Assembly: GCA_017465945.1 (NCBI GenBank)
Contig: JAFTVD010000008.1
Span: 14,091 to 78,090, forward strand
DNA from: Alphaproteobacteria bacterium
GTDB taxonomy: Bacteria; Pseudomonadota; Alphaproteobacteria; RF32; CAG-239
DNA: 64,000 nt
Direction: 5' to 3'
The notes under the pieces were generated by a model. It did not search any database. It saw nothing but the letters and a program-made list of their open reading frames with translations, and was not told where the DNA came from. Made by a program: the position numbers and the translations under genes. Below are positions 39,522 to 49,261 of this stretch, piece by piece. Numbering within the stretch: position 1 is the first letter of the stretch; each line of letters opens with the position of its first letter.

Positions 39522-40100
39522 GTGGAAGAAAAATATTCTGCAGATGAAGAAAAGTCGATTCGAATTGGTATAGTAAGCCTTATTGCAATAATTATTATGG
39601 TATTCATGACAATATCGCATAATGCCTCTATCAAAAAAGAAGGTGATGGCAATACGTATAAAGTGTATGCTAGCTTTGGTCGAACAGACGGATTAAATGT
39701 AGGTGATGTCGTTAGAATGTCAGGAGTTTCTATTGGTAGGGTTATAGCATCTGAGTTAGATGCAGATTACAATTCTAAGCTAACATTTGAAATAGGTGAT
39801 GAATATAAAATACCTGATGATAGTAGTGCATCAATAATAAGCTTTGGTTTAATTGGTGGTAAATATGTTGAGATAGATGTTGGTGGTTCTGAGGATTTTT
39901 TAAGGTCCGGAGATAGTATTAGCTATACTCAAGACGCTCTAGTTGTTGAAGAATTACTTGATAGAATAATATCAATGGGAAAATCAAAAAATAAACCAAT
40001 AGATGATGATAGTGTTATAAACGATGACAAAGAAAATGATATTGATAATATAGAATATGAAAATACAAGTTTAGAAGAAAAGGGAGATAGCAATGAATAA
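39522..40100 (+). CDS. MlaD-like MCE-domain protein, paralog 1, with acidic tail
   Basis: GTG start with AGGAGA RBS. TM anchor, then MCE core YKVYASFGRTDGLNVGDVVRMSGVSIGRV..GLIGGKYVEID. D/E/N-rich C-terminus. Confidence 0.75.
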   Translation: MEEKYSADEEKSIRIGIVSLIAIIIMVFMTISHNASIKKEGDGNTYKVYASFGRTDGLNVGDVVRMSGVSIGRVIASELDADYNSKLTFEIGDEYKIPDDSSASIISFGLIGGKYVEIDVGGSEDFLRSGDSISYTQDALVVEELLDRIISMGKSKNKPIDDDSVINDDKENDIDNIEYENTSLEEKGDSNE

Positions 40101-40548
40101 AAAACCTGTTGAAACAATTATGGGATTAGTTGTACTTGCCGTTGCAAGCTTGTTTATGTTGTTTGCATATAAGGTATCAGATTTGCAAGTAGTAAAAGGC
40201 TATGAGATAAATGCTCGTTTTCTAAAAGTTGGAGGGCTAAATACTGGTGCAGATGTTATGGTAAATGGAGTTAAAGTAGGTACGGTCATTGCTCAAAGTT
40301 TAGATAAAGATGATTATATGGTTAATGTTAAAATGAGTATATCTCCAAAAATATCTTTACCTAAAGACAGTACTATTAGTGTTGCAGGTGATGGCCTAAT
40401 GGGTGATAAGTTTATAAAAATAGAACCAGGTAAAGCAAAAGATAAATTATTGCCAGGTGATATGGCTAGTAATGTTAAAGATGCCAAATCTTTAGAGGAT
40501 ATGGTTGGTGAAATAATATTTATGGTGACTGATAATGAAGATAAGTAA
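40093..40548 (+). CDS. MlaD-like MCE-domain protein, paralog 2
   Basis: 151 aa: TM anchor, MCE core YEINARFLKVGGLNTGADVMVNGVKVGTV..GLMGDKFIKIEPG. 8-nt overlap with paralog 1. Confidence 0.75.
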   Translation: MNKKPVETIMGLVVLAVASLFMLFAYKVSDLQVVKGYEINARFLKVGGLNTGADVMVNGVKVGTVIAQSLDKDDYMVNVKMSISPKISLPKDSTISVAGDGLMGDKFIKIEPGKAKDKLLPGDMASNVKDAKSLEDMVGEIIFMVTDNEDK

Positions 40549-41266
40549 TAGCTTAAAATTAGGAATATCTGGTTTGATCTTAAGCTCAAGTCTTTCTATG
40601 GCTACAGAAATAGATACAAATTCTGCTCTTATGCAGGCGATGGATAAAGTTACAGGAAGGGTAAATAAAATTACTGTTCCTGTTAACTCAAAAGTATCAT
40701 ACGGTGATTTTTCATTTGTATTACGTTCTTGTAAAAAACGTCCTGCAGAAGAAACTCCAGAAAACTTTGCTTTTGTAGATGTTGCAGATAAAAGTTTTGG
40801 AGAGGAAGAATATAATATTTTTAGAGGTTGGATGTTATCTTCAGCTCCTGGTGTTAACGCAATAGAACATCCGATATATGATGTTTGGTTGTTAGAATGT
40901 GTGGATTCTGATATATCAAATGCTGTATTTCTAACAAAAGAAGAGTTAAATGTTAGAGATAATTTACCAAGTAAAGATATTATTCAGGCTCAAAAAGATG
41001 ATATAAATATTCATGAAAGTGGTGAAAATATTCAAGAGTTAAAAGCAAAAGAGCCAAAAGCTATTCATATTGAAAATTTTATTCAAAAAGATAGGGATAT
41101 TGAAAAAAATATAAAAATACCAACAGATGAGGTGAATATTTCTAAAGAAGAAATGCCTGAGAATTTATTAGCCCAAACAATAGGCGAAAATAAAGAAGAT
41201 ACAGAAACAAATGATGAATTATCTAAGGCTATAGATGAAGAAATCAAAAAAATAAACGAAGATTAA
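40535..41266 (+). CDS. DUF2155-domain protein with a ~110-aa charged C-terminal extension
   Basis: Signal peptide, then ALMQAMDKVTGRVNKITVPVNSKVSYGDFSFVLRSCKKRPAEETPENFAFVDV (DUF2155-like pattern). The mlaD-DUF2155 neighbourhood is typical of Alphaproteobacteria. Confidence 0.6.
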   Translation: MKISNSLKLGISGLILSSSLSMATEIDTNSALMQAMDKVTGRVNKITVPVNSKVSYGDFSFVLRSCKKRPAEETPENFAFVDVADKSFGEEEYNIFRGWMLSSAPGVNAIEHPIYDVWLLECVDSDISNAVFLTKEELNVRDNLPSKDIIQAQKDDINIHESGENIQELKAKEPKAIHIENFIQKDRDIEKNIKIPTDEVNISKEEMPENLLAQTIGENKEDTETNDELSKAIDEEIKKINED

Positions 41267-42816
41267 AAGCTAAAAATATAAATACATACAGATAATATTG
41301 CATATATAATAGATATAGAAAACAATATATTTTGTTTTGGTTTATTTGAAGCAAACAATTTTCCAATAAATAAAGCTTCAGGTAATAATAATAGGATAAA
41401 TAATCTATAGTCAGATGAGCATATATAAGGATAATCTAAAGCATATTTTATTGCATAAATCCATGAGCATAAATATGTTATTGCAAAAAATATCCATAAT
41501 GCCTTACAGGCTATATTCTTTCTCATAAATATATAAACCATACCAATAAATGCACAAACTTTTAATGATAAACTTAAAATATAAAGAATAAATGATGGGA
41601 TATATATTGATTTATTTAATATACTAAAATTCCATTCCCCAAAAAGCTCTGTTTTAATGATTGCTAAAATCATATTTGCATCAACATCATATGGCGCATT
41701 CATAAAAGGAGAAAATAGTTTAGAAAAATCACCGATTCTATCTGTAAGCGATAGATATTTAAAATTTTGCCCCATAGGAGATGTGTCAGGAACATTATAG
41801 AACTGCATATCAAATAGAATGTGGTTTCGCATAATCCATAATAAGGCAACAGGAACAGCAATAATTACAAACAAAGCTATCCCTCTAAGTACTAATTCTT
41901 TGTTTTTTTCTGTTGTTAATTTATATAAAAATACCCATGAAATAGCAGGAGCTAGCAGTAAAATAGACAATTTTGTTAATGTTCCAAGTCCAAGCCCTAG
42001 TGCAACCAGTATAATATAAATTAGTTTGTTTGTATAATACCATTTAATCAAGAAATAAGTTGTAAACACACTCCAAAATAATACTGGAACATCATCAGAA
42101 ATATACCCCGTAAATAAGATAAATGTTGGGTTAAATATAAGTAGTATAAAAATAGCTTTATATGTAACGCCTCTAAACTTTAATAGATATAAAATTTTAG
42201 CAATTAAAACAGAAGTGATAGTAACATAAAATAACGAGAAGTATTGTAAGCTCTCAATGGATATTGTTTGAGATTTCCATAATAAGGTGCTAAACCTTAA
42301 AAAGTACTCCATAAGAATAAAGTGTAGTGGTTGATGAAAGAAATAGTACATATACCACGGATCAAAATTTTTCCAGTTGATGCCGTTCTCTGCAATTTTT
42401 TTCATATAATAAAGCGTTCCGCTTAGGTCATGTTGTCTAAAGTCTATATCTGTATGCACAATGTAAAACAAGTGCACCAAAAAAGATATAAATATAGCAT
42501 AAAAAGTAAAGTGATGAACATTTTTATTATCATTAAATGCGGTATATATAATTTGCAAAATTTGAATAATTAATAAGAATTGATTACTAACAGAAAAATA
42601 AGCATTTAATACCAAAAAAATAATTGATATTAAAAATATAAAAAATCTATCAATATATTTTTTTTGCAAAAGTATAATAAATAAAGATATTGCAATATAA
42701 TTTATTTGATAGTTGTTTATATTAAAATTATAAAAAAACATGCCTGCCGTTATAAAAAACAGCAGACATGTTCCTAAAACAAATAATATTGGGTGTTTCA
42801 ATAATAAATTAAACAC
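41263..42816 (-). CDS. Polytopic membrane protein, GT-C (ArnT/PMT-like) glycosyltransferase fold suspected
   Basis: 517 aa with more than 12 hydrophobic segments. Loop DFRQHDLSGTLYYMKKIAENG...FFHQPLHFIL and later GYISDDVPVLFWSVF resemble GT-C family 39/83 loops. 13-nt gap to the upstream lipoprotein gene. Confidence 0.45.
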   Translation of the reverse strand: MFNLLLKHPILFVLGTCLLFFITAGMFFYNFNINNYQINYIAISLFIILLQKKYIDRFFIFLISIIFLVLNAYFSVSNQFLLIIQILQIIYTAFNDNKNVHHFTFYAIFISFLVHLFYIVHTDIDFRQHDLSGTLYYMKKIAENGINWKNFDPWYMYYFFHQPLHFILMEYFLRFSTLLWKSQTISIESLQYFSLFYVTITSVLIAKILYLLKFRGVTYKAIFILLIFNPTFILFTGYISDDVPVLFWSVFTTYFLIKWYYTNKLIYIILVALGLGLGTLTKLSILLLAPAISWVFLYKLTTEKNKELVLRGIALFVIIAVPVALLWIMRNHILFDMQFYNVPDTSPMGQNFKYLSLTDRIGDFSKLFSPFMNAPYDVDANMILAIIKTELFGEWNFSILNKSIYIPSFILYILSLSLKVCAFIGMVYIFMRKNIACKALWIFFAITYLCSWIYAIKYALDYPYICSSDYRLFILLLLPEALFIGKLFASNKPKQNILFSISIIYAILSVCIYIFSF

Positions 42817-42829
42817 AAATCAAATCCTA

Positions 42830-44677
42830 TTAAATGTCATCAGTAGAGCAAGCTGTACCGATTCTGCATTTGTGATATACTTTTGCTCTTCTATAGCCTG
42901 TTAAACCTTTATATTCCATTGTTTGAATATATATATTATTAACAGTAATAGTAAATCCAAGTACAGCAACATTTCCAGAGTTATCTAAAGCATACACTTT
43001 TATACGGTGGCTACCTGCATCATCAAGAGTTGGATGACCTGTAAATGTATGAGTTTTTTCATCATACTTTAACCATGTTGGAAGTCCAGCATCATCAAGA
43101 GAGCCTGCAACAGTCTTGTATTCGCCATCCCAATTTACTTGTTCAAATACTTCATCTGGAATTTTAATACTAACATCAGTGCCAACACCTGTAACAACAT
43201 CAGGTACTAAAACTTGTGATGAAATATCAACAGGAGGCTTTTTATTAGACAATGGTGCATTTTCTTTTGGTGATGCTACAAAAATACCTTCTTTCCAATT
43301 ATCTAAAGTTTCTCTAATTTTGATTGCAATTTTAGAAGGATTCTCAGAAAGCAATTCCATTGGAATAGTGTCCATGCCTACACTAGCATACAATCTACCA
43401 ATAGATTCTTGAACATCAATATAAGATAAGAAAGCATTAGCTTCATCAATTATTGCTCTAGCCGATTCTAGGTGGCTAATAGCTTTATCAGCACCTTCTT
43501 TATCTGTGATATCTTCTGCAATATCTTCAGATGTTGTAGCAACACCTAAATCTAGGTAATAATCTTCAACAGAAGCTTGGTATAAAGCCCATGCTAAATA
43601 TACTTGGTTAAGTACAATATTAGTCATACGTTGACGAGCAAGGGAATTATATGTAGCTTCATTTTGATAACGTATATCCTCAAAAACATTCATAGATAAA
43701 TCATTCGATTCCTTTGACCATTTACGATTATAGTAATTAGGGTCTTGGCGATAATCGCTATTATCAATTTCTTCCATGTCTTTTATAACTAATTCTAATT
43801 CTTCTTTTGTCGTAATAGTGTCAAAAGAACGCAATTCTGGACGATTCGTCAAAGCTAGCCATTCAAGTTGCTGTAATTTTGCTCTCATAGAAGGAACAGG
43901 GAAATTTCCATATTCAGCACCTGCTAATTTTATTTCAGTAGATGGATACATTCCAAGCAAGCCTGCAAATTCAGCTTGAGCTGTGTCAAATTTTTTCCTC
44001 AAATCAGCAAGCTCTCTAATGCTTTCTAAATATTTACGTTTTTTAAGCAATAAACTTGTAGAAGGAGTCTTGCCTGCTTTAATTAACTCGTTAGAACGAG
44101 AACTTAATTCATCAACCACTCTAACAAGGTATTCGTTCATATCATCTATAACAGGGATAATACGTTGAGCACTTAATGCTTTCCAATACAAAGTGCGAGC
44201 CTCTAACATAATGTTGTTTATAACTTTTCTGCTTTGTTCTTCAGCAACAATATCTTGAGCAACGGCATTTTGATAATAAAGAGAAGATAAGTCTAGTAAG
44301 TTCCAAGACACTTTCAAATCAGCTGGTACAGCATCTGAATAAGAAGCATTTTCATAACCTAGATTTTCTGCCATTGTTGGTAAAACAGAAGGAGATATAT
44401 TTGTTTTTATAAGGTTTTCCTGATAGCTGGCCAATCTTCTAGTGTAATTGTATTTGAGAGCTAAAGCCATAGCCATATACATATCAACAGGTTTAGTAAT
44501 TTTTGATGGAGTACCTATATACATATTTTGCATGTCTACATCAGCCCTAACAGCTCTATCCCAGTCTGAGTAATATGCAGACATAACAGGAGCTTCTGTA
44601 GATTGTTCATAAGTCGTAGTAGAGCAAGCTGTAATAATACTAACTAATCCACTAATAAAATAAATATACCTTTTCAT
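42830..44677 (-). CDS. Outer-membrane-factor (TolC/NodT)-like lipoprotein with a C-terminal cadherin-like/Ig (He_PIG-type) domain
   Basis: 615 aa. Lipobox SIITAC (Cys18). OEP-like helices (VDMYMAMALALKYNYTRRL, EEQSRKVINNIMLEARTLYWKALSAQ, LEWLALTNRPELRS). Residues ~488-581 match the dystroglycan-type cadherin-like pattern (GLPTWLKYDEKTHTFTGHPTLDDAGSHRIKVYALDNSGNVAVLGFTITV). Confidence 0.6.
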   Translation of the reverse strand: MKRYIYFISGLVSIITACSTTTYEQSTEAPVMSAYYSDWDRAVRADVDMQNMYIGTPSKITKPVDMYMAMALALKYNYTRRLASYQENLIKTNISPSVLPTMAENLGYENASYSDAVPADLKVSWNLLDLSSLYYQNAVAQDIVAEEQSRKVINNIMLEARTLYWKALSAQRIIPVIDDMNEYLVRVVDELSSRSNELIKAGKTPSTSLLLKKRKYLESIRELADLRKKFDTAQAEFAGLLGMYPSTEIKLAGAEYGNFPVPSMRAKLQQLEWLALTNRPELRSFDTITTKEELELVIKDMEEIDNSDYRQDPNYYNRKWSKESNDLSMNVFEDIRYQNEATYNSLARQRMTNIVLNQVYLAWALYQASVEDYYLDLGVATTSEDIAEDITDKEGADKAISHLESARAIIDEANAFLSYIDVQESIGRLYASVGMDTIPMELLSENPSKIAIKIRETLDNWKEGIFVASPKENAPLSNKKPPVDISSQVLVPDVVTGVGTDVSIKIPDEVFEQVNWDGEYKTVAGSLDDAGLPTWLKYDEKTHTFTGHPTLDDAGSHRIKVYALDNSGNVAVLGFTITVNNIYIQTMEYKGLTGYRRAKVYHKCRIGTACSTDDI

Positions 44678-44809
44678 AAAAGTTTCCCTCTAATATTATC
44701 CTTTAACTAAATGTCTACACTATTTTTTTTTTAATTGATAGTATTTTATTTGATTTTATACAACTTTAATGTAAAATAACATATAATGAAATAAAATTTT
44801 GGTGGGAAT

Positions 44810-45547
44810 GTGATGTTTGATATATTTTATACACTATTTAGATATAAGGATAAAGCACAAAACGAAGAGTTAGGTTATTATCCAGAAAAGGTTGATGTAA
44901 AAGCTTTTCCAGAAAGAAGATATTTGTGGACATCACGTTTTTTTGTTGTGATATCCTGTCTTAGTTTGTGTGTTAGTATGATTCTCGCAAGTGTGTTATG
45001 TATAATGATACCTAAGAAGAAATCTTATATTATGCCTCTGCAAATAGATTACAAACGTTATCAAGTAACAAGAATGGAGTATTCAGAATACGAAGCATAT
45101 GCAGGTAATCTTGTGACAGAAAGTGTTTTAAATGATTATATTATAAAAAGATATACAATAGGCGATTCGTTTGAGGAACTTACACATAGGTATAGTGATA
45201 ATGAATTTCTTAAATTAGCAACAAGTGACGACGTGTGGGGAGAGTTTGAGCAAACCGAACGACCATACTTTGAGGCAATGCAAAGACAAGGTGTTCGTCG
45301 TAAAGTAGAGGTAGAAAATAGTTACCCTGTATCATTTAATTTTTGGCAAGTGCGATTTAATACAATAGATACAATACCAGGAAAAGAAAAACCATTAATA
45401 AGTAAATGGCTAGCATCCATAAGAATGACTTTTAATTTTTCAAGATATGAGGATAAAGATTTAGGATTAAAAAATCCATATGGTACTAATATTGTTACAT
45501 ATAATTTGTCATATCTCGGAAATAACATCAAAAGTGTAAGAAAATAA
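44810..45547 (+). CDS. VirB8/DotI-like type IV secretion inner-membrane component, orphan copy
   Basis: 245 aa bitopic protein (TM helix FFVVISCLSLCVSMILASVLCIMI). By-eye alignment to A. tumefaciens VirB8: MPLQID vs EPFVVRVD, FWQVRF vs LIQVRY, KWLASIRMTFNFS vs HWVSILNFSY, KNPYGTNIVTYNLSY vs INPLGFQVSEYRSD. Confidence 0.6.
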   Translation: MMFDIFYTLFRYKDKAQNEELGYYPEKVDVKAFPERRYLWTSRFFVVISCLSLCVSMILASVLCIMIPKKKSYIMPLQIDYKRYQVTRMEYSEYEAYAGNLVTESVLNDYIIKRYTIGDSFEELTHRYSDNEFLKLATSDDVWGEFEQTERPYFEAMQRQGVRRKVEVENSYPVSFNFWQVRFNTIDTIPGKEKPLISKWLASIRMTFNFSRYEDKDLGLKNPYGTNIVTYNLSYLGNNIKSVRK

Positions 45548-45646
45548 AGTAAATGCTAAAAAAATAATAAATTATTTACCATTTATTGAGTAAATAGTAT
45601 ATAGTTTAATATTGATTAAATAATTTAAATTTAAGGGTTTAGAGAT

Positions 45647-46273
45647 ATGAATAAAAGTGCTTTAGAAGTTTTTGACAACACATTAGTGCCGATGGTTGTT
45701 GAACAAACATCAAGAGGAGAACGTTCTTTTGATATTTTTTCAAGATTATTAAAAGAGCGTATAATATTTTTAACAGGCGAAGTAAATGATGCCGTTTCAG
45801 CACTGGTGTGTGCACAACTTTTATTTTTAGAATCAGAAAATCCTAAAAAAGATATTTATCTATACATCAATTCACCTGGAGGCGTTGTAACCTCTGGGCT
45901 TGCTATGTATGATACAATGAAATATATTTCATGTGATGTCTCAACATTGTGTATTGGTCAAGCTTGTTCTATGGGGTCATTCTTATTAGCAGGCGGTACA
46001 AAAGGCAAACGTTATTCTCTGCCAAATTCACGCATCATGATACATCAACCATCGGGTGGAGCAAGAGGCATGGCATCAGATATTGAAATTCAAGCAAGAG
46101 AGATTCTTGAGTTGAAAAAAAGATTAAATAAAATTTATGCTGAAAATACAGGAAATAAACTATCTGTTATAGAAAAGGCAATGGATAGAGATAACTTTAT
46201 GAATCCAGAAGAAGCTAAAGAATTTGGATTAATAGATCATATTGTAAAAAATCGTTTAGAAATAATTAAGTAG
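45647..46273 (+). CDS. clpP: ATP-dependent Clp protease proteolytic subunit
   Basis: 208 aa: active-site contexts [11 protein letters not shown] and IMIHQPSGG. Confidence 0.95.
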   Translation: MNKSALEVFDNTLVPMVVEQTSRGERSFDIFSRLLKERIIFLTGEVNDAVSALVCAQLLFLESENPKKDIYLYINSPGGVVTSGLAMYDTMKYISCDVSTLCIGQACSMGSFLLAGGTKGKRYSLPNSRIMIHQPSGGARGMASDIEIQAREILELKKRLNKIYAENTGNKLSVIEKAMDRDNFMNPEEAKEFGLIDHIVKNRLEIIK

Positions 46274-46282
46274 GAATAAAAT

Positions 46283-47536
46283 ATGAGTGATACAGAAGAT
46301 AAAGTTTTGCATTGTTCTTTCTGTGGAAAGAGTCAAAATGAAGTAAAAAAATTAATCGCAGGTCGTGGAGTTTACATCTGTGATGAGTGTATAGATGTAT
46401 GTATAAATATTGTTTCACAAGAAATAAAAGAAGAGCGCAAAAATGAAGAAAAAAACATTCAAGAGCACCTTCCTACACCATCAAAAATTAAAGAATTTTT
46501 AGACCAATACGTAATAGGTCAAGAACATGCTAAGCGAGTTTTATCGGTAGCTGTTTATAACCACTATAAGCGTTTAAATAATAAATTAAAAAATCCAGAT
46601 GTTGAAATATCAAAATCAAATGTAATTTTAATTGGTTCAACAGGGTCAGGAAAAACATTATTGGCACAAACATTGGCTAAAGTTCTAGATGTTCCATTTG
46701 CAATCGCAGATGCGACAACTTTAACAGAAGCTGGATATGTGGGTGAAGATGTTGAAAATATTGTATTAAAATTAGTACAAGCTGCTAACTATGATATAGA
46801 AAAAGCAGAGCGTGGTATTGTTTATATTGATGAAATCGATAAAATTACTCGTAAAACAGATGGTCCATCAATTACTCGTGATGTATCAGGTGAGGGGGTT
46901 CAACAAGCTCTATTAAAAATTATAGAAGGAACAGTTGCCAATATCCCTCCTCAAGGGGGACGTAAACATCCTCAACAAGAATTTTTACATGTTGATACAA
47001 CTAATATTTTATTTATTTGCGGTGGTGCATTCGCTGGAATTGAAAAAATTATAGGACGTCGTGGTCAAGAAGCTTCAATCGGATTCGGTGCTCAAATTAA
47101 AGATACTGAAGAAAAAACTTTAGGAGAAATCTATAAACAAGTTCAACCAGAAGATTTATTAAAATATGGTCTAATACCTGAATTTGTTGGTCGTCTTCCA
47201 GTTATTACCGCTCTTGATGACCTAAATGAAGAGGCTTTAGTTAAAGTTTTAACTGAACCTAAAAATGCCTTAATTAAGCAATATGAAATATTATTTGGTA
47301 TGGAAGACGTTAAATTGTCAATCACTAATGATGCTCTTATTGCAATCGCTAAAAAGGCAATTGAAAGAAAAACAGGTGCTCGTGGACTTAGAGCTATTAT
47401 GGAAGAAAATTTACTAGATTTAATGTATGATATTCCAGATAAAAAAGATATTACAGAAATCGTGGTAGATGCAAAAGTTATAAATGAAGGCAAGGCGCCA
47501 ACGTTTATTCGTAAACGTCATAAGAAAAGCGCTTAA
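46283..47536 (+). CDS. clpX: ATP-dependent Clp protease ATP-binding subunit ClpX
   Basis: Zinc-binding N-terminus CSFCGK..CDEC, Walker [16 protein letters not shown], Walker [13 protein letters not shown]-type loop (SIGFGA). Confidence 0.95.
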   Translation: MSDTEDKVLHCSFCGKSQNEVKKLIAGRGVYICDECIDVCINIVSQEIKEERKNEEKNIQEHLPTPSKIKEFLDQYVIGQEHAKRVLSVAVYNHYKRLNNKLKNPDVEISKSNVILIGSTGSGKTLLAQTLAKVLDVPFAIADATTLTEAGYVGEDVENIVLKLVQAANYDIEKAERGIVYIDEIDKITRKTDGPSITRDVSGEGVQQALLKIIEGTVANIPPQGGRKHPQQEFLHVDTTNILFICGGAFAGIEKIIGRRGQEASIGFGAQIKDTEEKTLGEIYKQVQPEDLLKYGLIPEFVGRLPVITALDDLNEEALVKVLTEPKNALIKQYEILFGMEDVKLSITNDALIAIAKKAIERKTGARGLRAIMEENLLDLMYDIPDKKDITEIVVDAKVINEGKAPTFIRKRHKKSA

Positions 47537-47548
47537 AAGAAAATAAAA

Positions 47549-47577
47549 AGGTAGCAACTAGCTACCTTTTATTTTTT
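47549..47577 (+). terminator. Rho-independent terminator after clpX
   Basis: AGGTAGC (47549..47555) AACTA GCTACCT (47561..47567), followed by TTTTATTTTTTT. Confidence 0.8.
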
Positions 47578-47682
47578 TATAATAACATAAAATATCTCAT
47601 TATTCCAAAACTAAGCTCTTTAAGTATAACCTCACAATACTTCGGAACTTGCTTTATTTGATTAACAAGAAGCTCAAAATTA

Positions 47683-48708
47683 TCATCTAAATCGTTTGAC
47701 GCCATTTGCTATCCTTAATATTGTAAAACTAGCAACTTGCTCGGAAGGTAAATCCGTCGTTTTGCATTCTCTTTCCGTTTGGTATAATAAAGAAAGTGCG
47801 TTTAATATTCTACTCTTATTCCATATTTTTAGTTGAGAAATGAAGGCATTTTTTCTAAAAAACATTAAAGGGGGCTTTAATGAAAAAACAACTTTATCGG
47901 CGCTTTCTCCTTTTTCCATTTTAACAACACAATCAAGCAGTTTCAAAAAATGATAACTAATAGACCTTACAATACTAACAGGATTTTCTCCTTCAAAAAT
48001 TAATCTATTATATGACGCTATAGCTTTATCAACCATTCCTTGTGCAATAAAATAATTCAAATCTTCTTGAGAAGATGCAGATGTATCGCTTATAACAGTT
48101 AAAACATCTTCCACTCTAATTGTTTTATTACTTCCCATATAAGTTATTAGTTTATCAAGTTCATTATTGCTAATTTTTCTATCGTTAGATAGTCGAGAAC
48201 ATAAAATCTGAAAAGCTGTATTATCTATACTAAAACCATTTTGCGATATAAATTTATTTGCAACTTGAGAGATGTCTTCGTCTCTATCATCATAACAGCC
48301 TATACCATATAAACAATCTTCATCTTTTGCCATAATGGCTAAAGAATCTTTTGTTTTTAAGCTAGATGATGTAATAACTAGCAAACTATCAGAAGAAGAA
48401 TTATCAAGTAATTCTTTTAGTTGTTTGGTAAGCAAATTGGTAGCATCTTTTATAACAACAACTCTTCTTCCACCCATTAAAGATTGTGCATTAAATTCGG
48501 CATATAAACAGCCAATATCAGAAGTAATATCACCCATTTCTAAATAACTAACATGAAACGCATCATATATATCAGGAGATATTGACTTGATAAATTGTTG
48601 CGAAAGTGTAGAAACCATTCCTTCGTTGCTACCATATACAACAACACCTCTAATTTTTTGAGGTAAAGATTTTAATATTCCATCTACTTGTTCCGGTTTA
48701 ATATTCAT
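47683..48708 (-). CDS. holA: DNA polymerase III delta subunit
   Basis: Start trimmed to MNIKPEQVDGILK (11-nt overlap with the lptE stop), ~341 aa. The call rests mostly on length and on the conserved leuS-lptE-holA position. Confidence 0.7.
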   Translation of the reverse strand: MNIKPEQVDGILKSLPQKIRGVVVYGSNEGMVSTLSQQFIKSISPDIYDAFHVSYLEMGDITSDIGCLYAEFNAQSLMGGRRVVVIKDATNLLTKQLKELLDNSSSDSLLVITSSSLKTKDSLAIMAKDEDCLYGIGCYDDRDEDISQVANKFISQNGFSIDNTAFQILCSRLSNDRKISNNELDKLITYMGSNKTIRVEDVLTVISDTSASSQEDLNYFIAQGMVDKAIASYNRLIFEGENPVSIVRSISYHFLKLLDCVVKMEKGESADKVVFSLKPPLMFFRKNAFISQLKIWNKSRILNALSLLYQTERECKTTDLPSEQVASFTILRIANGVKRFR

Positions 48709-49261
48709 CCGGATTTCCTCGTTTTGTTTGTAATGAGTGGAAATATGCACCCAATCTTAATGAGATGTCATTTGCAATAATTTTAGCTGCATTTTTTTCA
48801 TTTTTCTTTTGAGCAAACGTTGTTGAATATGGGTCTCTTAAAATGTCATAACCTAAATAAGCAACACTATTTCCATTAATCAAAGTTTTGTGCTCATTGT
48901 TTTTTAGAACATACGTTACTTTATAAATAACTTTTTTACGAGTTGCTGTAATATCATTTCTTAGGGCTTGGTCAATCTCTTCTTTATTAATTTGAGTAAC
49001 ACTTAAAATATATTTAGGGGATTTGGGTTCACCTTTGGGGGTGAGTTTATCAAGCAAATCGTTACGAATTAATTGTCCAATTCTGTCTTGAATAAGATCA
49101 ATTTTAACACTTGCCATTTCTTCTTTAATTCCAGTATCAAACTCACTATCATAATACCATTCACTACTAGATTTTTTTTCAACATAAAGTGGTTCAAATC
49201 CACATCCAGAAATGAACACACAAAGCACTAAAAGTGCAATATTTTTTCTACTATACAACAA
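48698..49261 (-). CDS. lptE: LPS-assembly lipoprotein LptE
   Basis: 187 aa: lipobox FISGCGFEPLY. Lies between the leuS relic and holA. Confidence 0.7.
   Translation of the reverse strand: MLYSRKNIALLVLCVFISGCGFEPLYVEKKSSSEWYYDSEFDTGIKEEMASVKIDLIQDRIGQLIRNDLLDKLTPKGEPKSPKYILSVTQINKEEIDQALRNDITATRKKVIYKVTYVLKNNEHKTLINGNSVAYLGYDILRDPYSTTFAQKKNEKNAAKIIANDISLRLGAYFHSLQTKRGNPDEY

Noticed and set aside
47143-47493. 116-aa minus-strand ORF inside clpX.
   Set aside because: It is antisense to clpX and Ser/Ile-rich low complexity.
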